A stretch of 64,000 nt of DNA from Alphaproteobacteria bacterium (GTDB lineage: Bacteria > Pseudomonadota > Alphaproteobacteria > UBA6615), in the NCBI GenBank assembly GCA_965261975.1, contig CBDHEC010000056.1:96001-160000 (forward strand), given 5' to 3'. The notes under the pieces are model-generated. The model made no database searches, was not told the DNA's origin, and was given only the letters and a program-made list of their open reading frames with translations. Made by a program: the position numbers and the translations under genes. Positions within the stretch are counted from its first letter, which is position 1. The number at the start of each line of letters is the position of its first letter. Positions 59,520 to 64,000 of this stretch are shown one piece after another.

Positions 59520-60391
59520 GCCCCGCACGCCGTCGTGCCGCGGTCGATCACGTGCAGAGCCGGTTCGATGTATCGGAACGCCGTGCCTGTCGTGTGATTG
59601 GCCAACACCGCTCGACGCAGCGCCGCACAGCGGTCCGTCGTGACGATGAAGACGCCCTGACGGCTGCGATTGTTGATCTGGCATCCAAATATGGCCGTTA
59701 CGGCTATCGCCGGGTCGCGGCGCTGCTGCGTGCCCAGGGGTGGCACGTCAACGTCAAACGGGTGTGGCGTATCTGGCGGCGTGAGGGGCTGAAGGTGCCC
59801 TCAAAACAGCCCAAACGCGGGCGGTTGTGGCTCAATGACGGGTCGTGTGTTCGGCTCAGGCCGAGCTGGCCGAACCATGTCTGGGCCTACGACTTCGTCC
59901 AGGATCGCACGCATGACGGCCGTGCTATCCGGATGCTGACGGTGATCGACGAGTACACCCGCCAGTGCCTGGCCATCGAGGTTGCCCGCCGCCTGCGTCA
60001 CGACGATGTGCTGCAGGTGCTGGCCGAGCTGTTCACGCGGCATGGGCCGCCGGATCACATCCGCTCGGACAACGGCAGTGAGTTCACTGCCATCGCCGTG
60101 CGCGATTGGCTGCCGAGGCTTGGCGTGAAGACGCTGTTCATCGAACCCGGGTCGCCCTGGGAGAACGGCTACAACGAGAGCTTCAATGGCAAGCTGCGCG
60201 ACGAGCTGCTCAACGGCGAGATCTTCTACACGCTACAGGAGGCGACGGTGCTCATCGAACGCTGGCGCCAGCACTACAACACCGTCAGGCCGCACAGTTC
60301 GCTCGGCTACAGGCCACCCGCGCCAGTCACGGTCTTGCCGCCAATGGCCAGATCGAACTACCCTCAAACCGTCCGGACCCTCTCACAGTGA
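59510..60391 (+). CDS. IS3 transposase OrfB (DDE integrase core), expressed via -1 frameshift
   Basis: [33 protein letters not shown] and RPHSSLGY; G_GGA_AAC heptamer at 59507-59513. Confidence 0.9.
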   Translation, partial: KLLSPARRRAAVDHVQSRFDVSERRACRVIGQHRSTQRRTAVRRDDEDALTAAIVDLASKYGRYGYRRVAALLRAQGWHVNVKRVWRIWRREGLKVPSKQPKRGRLWLNDGSCVRLRPSWPNHVWAYDFVQDRTHDGRAIRMLTVIDEYTRQCLAIEVARRLRHDDVLQVLAELFTRHGPPDHIRSDNGSEFTAIAVRDWLPRLGVKTLFIEPGSPWENGYNESFNGKLRDELLNGEIFYTLQEATVLIERWRQHYNTVRPHSSLGYRPPAPVTVLPPMARSNYPQTVRTLSQ

Positions 60392-60533
60392 CTGGACCCA
60401 TGATCAGGGGCAGGCCAGCATGATTTCCGCATCAGCGCTGAAGCTTATTTCGCCGCACAGGCATTTCCCGGAAAGCTTGGGCATATTCGGCTCCTGGATC
60501 GTTTCTGTTGTCGTGCGGTGATTCCCCGATGCC

Positions 60534-61367
60534 TCAGTCGTAGAACGCGATGGTCCGGGTCTCGATCGACTGGCGCGGTGCTGCGTCGGCCGGGCTCGTC
60601 GGGTCGTCGAAGGCAGTGTGTGCCGTCCAGCGGGCCCGGTCGGTCATCGTGTCGTAGCATTTGAGCAGGATCAGCTCGTCGGGCTCCATGCGCGGGAAAT
60701 ACACCCAGCGGTGGTCCGGGTTGTATTTTGTGCGGTGGATCTCGCCGACCCGGTCGTCATATTTCAGGTCCATCAGGATCATGTCGCCCTCGGCGATCGA
60801 CTGGGCGTCGCAGATACCGAGCGGGGCTTCCTCGACCGCGCCGCTGATCGAACGCCAGACATTCACATAGACATAGCGCTTCTTGAGCGCGGCCTCGGCC
60901 TCGTCGGGCGGCAACAGGTCGCGTACCCGCTGGGGCCCGGACTTGTCGGTGTAGTCGTTATGGACGACCCGCACGGGCTCGCGCAGTTTTTTGGTGGTCC
61001 GCGTCTCTTCATCGGCGACCCGCAGGGTGTGGTCGAACACGATGACCCGTGATGCGCCTGTCGCCTCGGCGACGATCCGCTCGACCTCGGGGTTGTAGAC
61101 CGTCTCGACCTGGCTCTTGTCCAGGAAATCGGTGACCGCTGTCGGCCGGTTGTGAAATTCAAACCCGTTTGTGTCGAGGGTCAGCTCTTCGGCCACGGCG
61201 CGCGCGTCATAGACCGGCACCGTGCGATGGTCCGGGGTCTCGTCGCGCTTGTTGGATTCGCCATAGGGCGAGATATAGGTGACCGGCTTGATGCCATTGT
61301 CGACCACATAGTTCATTGAGGCTTCGACGAAGGGGAGGTTTTGCGTGTCGTAGGCGGGTTGCGTCAT
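60534..61367 (-). CDS. CmcJ/NvfI-family oxidoreductase (Fe/2OG-type, often misnamed methyltransferase)
   Basis: TLDTNGF, FDHTLR, VHNDYT, NVWR, PLGICDA, HTAF and RQSIETR. Confidence 0.85.
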   Translation of the reverse strand: MTQPAYDTQNLPFVEASMNYVVDNGIKPVTYISPYGESNKRDETPDHRTVPVYDARAVAEELTLDTNGFEFHNRPTAVTDFLDKSQVETVYNPEVERIVAEATGASRVIVFDHTLRVADEETRTTKKLREPVRVVHNDYTDKSGPQRVRDLLPPDEAEAALKKRYVYVNVWRSISGAVEEAPLGICDAQSIAEGDMILMDLKYDDRVGEIHRTKYNPDHRWVYFPRMEPDELILLKCYDTMTDRARWTAHTAFDDPTSPADAAPRQSIETRTIAFYD

Positions 61368-61455
61368 GAGACGGGCCCTTTTCGCGGATGTTGTCTGGTT
61401 GCCGATATCAAATAGGTTCCGTTGGCTGCGTGTCGAGAAGAATTTGAGCGTGGCG

Positions 61456-62091
61456 CTACACTGCGGCGCTGGGGCGTGCCTTGACCGCGTCGAACCAGCG
61501 CTGGGCGTTGGCAGCGTCTTCCGGCAAGGTCAGTTTCAGCCAGCCCGCGAACTCGACGGCGACGAAAGCCATGATGTCGGCCGCCGTGAAGGCGTCTCCG
61601 GCCAAATAATCGCGGTCGGCGAGGGTCGCGTCGAGCAGTTCGAAGAAATGCGTTGCCCGGCGCTTGCCGCGCTCGGCCAGTTCGGGGATCTGCGCGTAAT
61701 TGTGCGGCCCGGTAAGCGCCCGGTCGGCCAGGCGCTTGGCCGCGTTGCGCAAGCCTTCGCCGACGGCCAGGAAGCCCTCCTGTTCCGCCCGCCAGGCCCA
61801 ATCGGCGATGGCCGCTTTCTCGGCGGCGTCACGACCCAGGAGCACGGGCGTCGGATGGGTTTCTTCCAGATAGCGCCAGCTTCCCTGGGTGGTGGTGAAT
61901 CGCTGTCCGTCGTCCGTCTCCAGCACGGGGACCGTGCAGAACGGGTTGATGGCGCGGAACGCCTCGCCCATCTGTTCCTGCTCTCCCAGATTCACCTCGA
62001 CCGTCTCGATCGCATCGGTCAGGCCTTTCTCGGCGATGAACATGCGCACCAGCCGCGGACTCGGCGCGGTCGAACAGTCATAGAATTTCAT
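61456..62091 (-). CDS. glutathione S-transferase family protein
   Basis: APSPRLVRMFIAEKG, INPFCTVPVL and FTAADI. Confidence 0.88.
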   Translation of the reverse strand: MKFYDCSTAPSPRLVRMFIAEKGLTDAIETVEVNLGEQEQMGEAFRAINPFCTVPVLETDDGQRFTTTQGSWRYLEETHPTPVLLGRDAAEKAAIADWAWRAEQEGFLAVGEGLRNAAKRLADRALTGPHNYAQIPELAERGKRRATHFFELLDATLADRDYLAGDAFTAADIMAFVAVEFAGWLKLTLPEDAANAQRWFDAVKARPSAAV

Positions 62092-62161
62092 CTGTCGTTC
62101 CTCGTTTGAAGTGTCTCGCACGCCAGCTTAGGCGCAACCCGGCGAGGGGTTCAATTGCCGC

Positions 62162-62551
62162 TCAAGCCTCGGTCGGCCAGTGGTCATCCACCCGCACCGC
62201 CTCGGCCTCACCCGGCCAGGGGGGCATGGTCGTCAGCACGAAGCGCAGGGGCTCGTCACCCATGGTGCGGAACTGGAAATGCGTGCCCAGCGGGATGGTC
62301 AGCGCGGTGCCGGCCATGACGGGGGTTACCTCTTCATGGCCGTCCCGGGCCCGCCAGACTTCCCCGGACCCCGACAGGACATACCAGATCTCCTCGACCG
62401 TGCGATGGCGCACCGCCAGCGAGGTTGCGCCGACCGGCAGGGTGCAGTGGGCGAAGGTGCCGCCCGGCCGCGCGCCCAACAGGCGAATCTCCGACCCGTC
62501 CGGCGCGATCGCGTCAACGTCGTTTCCGAGCTGTGTGGTCTCGAATGCCAT
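62162..62551 (-). CDS. cupin domain protein
   Basis: APDGSEIR, HRTVEEIWYVLSG, HFQFR and TMPPWPG. Confidence 0.85.
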   Translation of the reverse strand: MAFETTQLGNDVDAIAPDGSEIRLLGARPGGTFAHCTLPVGATSLAVRHRTVEEIWYVLSGSGEVWRARDGHEEVTPVMAGTALTIPLGTHFQFRTMGDEPLRFVLTTMPPWPGEAEAVRVDDHWPTEA

Positions 62552-62632
62552 GGCGTATCCCCCGTGAATGGCTGGCACCGAGATGTGCAGCAGCCGGGCC
62601 GGGGGGCGTCAAGTCACGCTGCACTTCGGCGG

Positions 62633-62815
62633 TTATTCGCCGCCGATCGTGTCTTGAAGCCCGCGATCGAAGTGCCGCAGATCAAGCTGGGTTTCGCCGC
62701 CGTCTTTGGTGCCGGCACCCGCGCAAGCACCCAGTGCCAGGAGGGAGATGACGGCCACGCCAAGAACCAGTGACCGGCGGGGTTTCAGATTTTGCGTCGT
62801 CGGATTTTTCCTCAT
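62633..62815 (-). CDS. putative small lipoprotein
   Basis: Basic N-terminus, hydrophobic core and lipobox LGAC. Confidence 0.45.
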   Translation of the reverse strand: MRKNPTTQNLKPRRSLVLGVAVISLLALGACAGAGTKDGGETQLDLRHFDRGLQDTIGGE

Positions 62816-63029
62816 GGAGGACAGGTGGGATGGGTTGGCCGGGATAACCAACCACAGATTTGTGAGTTGGCCGGGTCACCCGCGGTATCCATGCATCAAC
62901 TTGTGACAAGGCGGAACGCCTTTGTTTCCGCCGACAATCGCCATTTTTACGATAATAAACTGGACTCAGAGAATTAATGACGTAGTTATATGTTTAATAT
63001 TTTAATACACAAAAACCAAGTGTGTAATT

Positions 63030-64000
63030 ATGGAAAATCTGCCGCTCTTCTTTCGTCTCCACGCTCGTCCGGTTTTGTTGGTCGGTGCCGGCGAGGCTGC
63101 TGTTGCGAAGGCGCGCCTGCTTCTCGCGGCGGGTGCAGATATCCGCATCGTCGCACCCTCCGGGCTGAAGGCGATTGCGGATTGGGCCGAAGCGGGGCGT
63201 GTTCGATGGGACCACCGCAAGTTCGATCCCGCCGATGTGACGGGTATGACACTCGCGATCGGAGCGACGGGTGATTGCGATACAGACGAAGAGGTCGCTG
63301 CCGCCGCACGCGAGGCGGCAATCCCGGTCAACATCGTCGACCGTCCCGCCTTGTCATCTTTCATTGTTCCCTCGATCGTCGATCGTTCGCCGGTCACCAT
63401 CGGTATCTCGACGAATGGCACGTCGCCGGTCCTGGCCCGGCGACTGCGCGAGCAGATTGAAACGTTGTTACCCGCCAATCTCGGGCGGCTGGCGCGTTTC
63501 CTCGATAGCTTCCGTGGGGCTGTAAAGGCGAAGTTCGATAGTTTTGATTCCCGCCGGCGGCTTTGGGAGACCATCATCGACGGTCCCATCGCGCGTGATG
63601 TGCTGGCGGGCCGCGAGCCGGCCGCACGTGAGGCGATGCTCTCACGTATCAACCGCCGCCAGGCCGACGCGCCCGCGGCGGGTCATGTCGATATCGTCGG
63701 TGCGGGTCCCGGTGATCCGGAACTGCTTACGGTCAAAGCCCTGCGGGCGATGCAGGACGCCGACCTCGTTGTCTATGACCGTCTCATCGGCGACGGGATT
63801 CTCGATCTGGTGCGTCGCGACGCCGACCGCATCTATGTCGGCAAGGCGCGCTCCAATCACTCTGTACCCCAGGATCAGATCAACGATCTTCTGGTCGCGC
63901 ACGCCCGTGCCGGGCGCCGCGTCGTACGCCTGAAGGGCGGCGACCCGTTCGTGTTCGGACGCGGCGGGGAGGAGCTCGAGCGTCTGCGCGCGGCAGGCAT
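63030..64000 (+). CDS. cysG: siroheme synthase (CysG), truncated at the window end
   Basis: Manual translation gives MENLPLFF..LLVGAGEAAVAK, VNIVD.P...F..PSIVDRSP, ISTNGTSPVLAR, VGAGPGDPELLT and RLKGGDPFVFGRGGEE. Confidence 0.93.
   Translation, partial: MENLPLFFRLHARPVLLVGAGEAAVAKARLLLAAGADIRIVAPSGLKAIADWAEAGRVRWDHRKFDPADVTGMTLAIGATGDCDTDEEVAAAAREAAIPVNIVDRPALSSFIVPSIVDRSPVTIGISTNGTSPVLARRLREQIETLLPANLGRLARFLDSFRGAVKAKFDSFDSRRRLWETIIDGPIARDVLAGREPAAREAMLSRINRRQADAPAAGHVDIVGAGPGDPELLTVKALRAMQDADLVVYDRLIGDGILDLVRRDADRIYVGKARSNHSVPQDQINDLLVAHARAGRRVVRLKGGDPFVFGRGGEELERLRAAG

Larger units (their letters stand above)
59166..60417 (+). mobile_element. IS3-family insertion sequence (IS407-like group), 1252 bp
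   Basis: TG...CA ends; imperfect IRs TGACCTGCTCCCCTGAATTCGGTCCAG and (reverse complement) TGGCCTGCCCCTGATCATGGGTCCAG; orfA/orfB organisation. Confidence 0.92.

Noticed and set aside
62574-62590. TGGCAC...TGC as a sigma54 promoter
   Set aside because: The GG-to-GC spacing is 11 nt rather than 10, and it faces away from the adjacent gene.

Overview
This is a GC-rich alphaproteobacterial (Rhodospirillales-like) chromosomal segment. Housekeeping blocks: ptsN-hpf-rpoN-lptBAC-kdsD-rnd, uppP, fzlA, thrS-infC, rpmI-rplT-pheST, lepA, tRNA-Ser(GGA) and the start of cysG. These are interleaved with accessory metabolic genes. Highlights: (1) a lone AT-rich gene (7889-9487) encoding a MORC/GHKL-type ATPase fused to a HEPN-like RNase domain (RNKIIH), split by one in-frame amber codon, a candidate single-gene defence system; (2) a DsbA/FrnE-family selenoprotein (19586-20209) with an in-frame UGA in a UPWC motif and a SECIS-like hairpin, truncated in the ORF track; (3) a tightly coupled MFS / TIGR04283-like GT2 / TIGR04282-like transferase / non-ArsS radical SAM / kinase / YnjBC cluster of unknown product; (4) an sHsp gene with an RpoH-type promoter and a ROSE-like thermometer; (5) an AUC start for infC, a His-rich insert in ThrS, an alternative oxidase, and paired DnaA boxes before lepA; (6) a decayed tRNA-Ser island cut by an IS3-family element. 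Several small-indel frameshifts suggest sequencing errors. No CRISPR array or rRNA was seen. All family calls come from motif recognition by eye, not database searches.
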